This document shows, piece by piece, positions 62,828-64,000 of a stretch of 64,000 bases of DNA. The stretch's first letter is position 1, and every line of letters starts with the position of its first letter. The notes under the pieces are model-generated. The model did not search any database. It was not told the DNA's origin and saw nothing but the letters and a program-made list of their open reading frames with translations. The stretch is from Sulfitobacter sp. GTDB lineage: Bacteria; Pseudomonadota; Alphaproteobacteria; Rhodobacterales; Rhodobacteraceae. The stretch lies in NCBI GenBank assembly GCA_047634585.1, contig JBLIAN010000014.1, positions 18,110-82,109 on the forward strand. Reading direction: 5' to 3'. Made by a program: the position numbers and the translations under genes.

Positions 62828-64000
62828 GTTTCCCCTTTGTGAACCGCTGCTGCAACGGCGGCAATGTCTTGTGCACTTAGCCCGTACGCGCGGGCGGCGG
62901 TTTCGGGGGTGATATAGCCCCGCGCCAGATCACGTTTGACCAGTTCGGGATCACGCAAGGACGGATCGCCGTATCCGGCCCCCCCGGGAAAGGCCATCAT
63001 CACCCTGCGGCCATGCGGGACAAATTGTTTGCCCTTGCCATTCATCGCGCTGCCATCATCCTGCGCGATGGTGGTTGGCGCACCCGATCCGCCGCCGCGC
63101 CGTCCCCGTGCGGGGTGGTTCACGCGATCAAACATTGCCTGAATGTCGAATTCATAACCGTCCTGTGCGCCCACTTCCATATATTGCCCGAGGCCGCCGC
63201 GCTGCTTGCCTGCGCCGCCGCTGTCAGGGCGCAATTCCTTGCGCCAGATGATCACCGGGCCGACATGTTCGGTGGCCTCGACGGGCATGGTCATCACACC
63301 GGATGGGAAGGCCGTGGCATTCAGCCCGTCATGTTCGGGCCGCGCCCCTGATCCGCCGGAATTAAAAGTCAGCACCTCGGCGCGGCGGGCGTCTTTGGGG
63401 GCGGGGCCATCGCTGCGCGGGCGCAGGGACACTTGAAAATTGCACAGGCATCCTGCGCCTTCGGCGGGCACCATATCAGGCAGGATTTTGTCCAAGGCAT
63501 CATAAACCGTATCCGGCACAAAATGCCCGACGATATGGCGCAATGCCACAGGCGCGGGATGCACCGCATTGACAATGGTATTTTCCGGCGCGGTGATCTC
63601 GAACGGGGCCAAGGACGCGGCATTATTGGGAATTTCCGGCGCAATCGCACATTTCAACGCATAACAGGCATAGGCCTTGGTATAGACCAGCGGACAGTTG
63701 ATGCCTTTTTTGTCCACCCCGGTGGTGCCGGTGAAATCTGAAATGATCCGGTCTTTTTCGATGCTCAGCTTGACCCGCAGGGTGATCGGCGTGGCAAAAC
63801 CATCCACCGTCATTTCGCCCGTGGCCTGTTTGCGTGGCAAGGCATTGATCCGTTCCAGCGTCGCACGGCGTGAATTTTCAAGGATAAAGCCGCCGATCCC
63901 GTCCAGATCATCCAGCGCAAATTCCTGCATCATCTCGACCAACCGCCGATGGCCGATCTCGTTACAGGTGGTCAGGGCAAAAATATCCCCGACCAATTGA
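62818..64000 (-). CDS. Hydantoinase B/oxoprolinase-family protein, C-terminal part; 5' end lies outside the window
   Basis: The frame is open to the window edge. The sequence (FNSGGSGARP, GGLGQYMEV, FPGGAGYGDP) is typical of HyuB. Confidence 0.8.
   Translation of the reverse strand, partial: QLVGDIFALTTCNEIGHRRLVEMMQEFALDDLDGIGGFILENSRRATLERINALPRKQATGEMTVDGFATPITLRVKLSIEKDRIISDFTGTTGVDKKGINCPLVYTKAYACYALKCAIAPEIPNNAASLAPFEITAPENTIVNAVHPAPVALRHIVGHFVPDTVYDALDKILPDMVPAEGAGCLCNFQVSLRPRSDGPAPKDARRAEVLTFNSGGSGARPEHDGLNATAFPSGVMTMPVEATEHVGPVIIWRKELRPDSGGAGKQRGGLGQYMEVGAQDGYEFDIQAMFDRVNHPARGRRGGGSGAPTTIAQDDGSAMNGKGKQFVPHGRRVMMAFPGGAGYGDPSLRDPELVKRDLARGYITPETAARAYGLSAQDIAAVAAAVHKGETWP

Noticed and set aside
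1-64000. Search for CRISPR arrays, tRNA/rRNA genes, IS elements, integrases, and phage or defence-system genes
   Set aside because: I saw no regularly spaced repeat arrays, no cloverleaf-like or rRNA-like conserved stretches, and no transposase, integrase, nuclease or NTPase defence signatures in any frame. The absence is by eye only and should be confirmed with tRNAscan-SE, Infernal, ISEScan and DefenseFinder.

Overview
The window reads as a high-GC chromosomal segment from an alphaproteobacterium. The complete PhyR / NepR / EcfG / PhyK general stress response locus is specific to that class. The many TRAP and TTT transporters suggest a marine Rhodobacterales-like organism. All calls come from reading the ORF translations and the DNA by eye; no database search or computation was run.

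Coding density is high. I saw no rRNA, tRNA, CRISPR array, transposase or integrase. In order, the window contains:

1. An amine-catabolism island (1-8702): a GcvT-family fragment, an omega-transaminase and a PotD-like binding protein. On the opposite strand is one operon in which two Rieske oxygenase alpha subunits bracket a PotABC-type importer.
2. copA-cueR with a recognisable CueR box.
3. An OmpR/histidine-kinase pair with a PepSY protein and an HtrA protease.
4. A homoprotocatechuate (3,4-dihydroxyphenylacetate) meta-cleavage operon, hpaR | hpaF-E-D-(aromatic amino acid decarboxylase)-G-H. Upstream lie iclR plus an omega-transaminase, and tctCBA plus an aldehyde dehydrogenase and a UPF0261 protein. 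Together these suggest an L-DOPA/dopamine-type route.
5. The general stress response locus, with overlapping divergent GGAAC-N17-CGTT promoters and neighbouring small stress proteins.
6. Crp/Fnr, DUF2254, dgoK, an SMP-30 lactonase and an MBL hydrolase.
7. An RpiR-controlled eight-gene operon: FGase-family amidohydrolase, TRAP QMP, glutamine-synthetase-like enzyme, aldehyde dehydrogenase and Fe-alcohol dehydrogenase. It looks like a gamma-glutamylation pathway for an anionic amino-alcohol.
8. The most unusual locus (49186-56468). A roughly 750 bp A/T-rich non-coding leader precedes a 1142-aa single-chain GH18-like + CE4 deacetylase + processive GT2 synthase. That gene is translationally coupled to an 856-aa Tat-exported periplasmic protein.
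9. An XRE-cupin regulator with a cupin enzyme, a small A/T-richer two-gene islet, and a Udh-like / HpcH aldolase / FAD oxidoreductase / hydantoinase-B group that runs off the window end.

Many long ORFs antisense to real genes are judged to be high-GC shadow ORFs.
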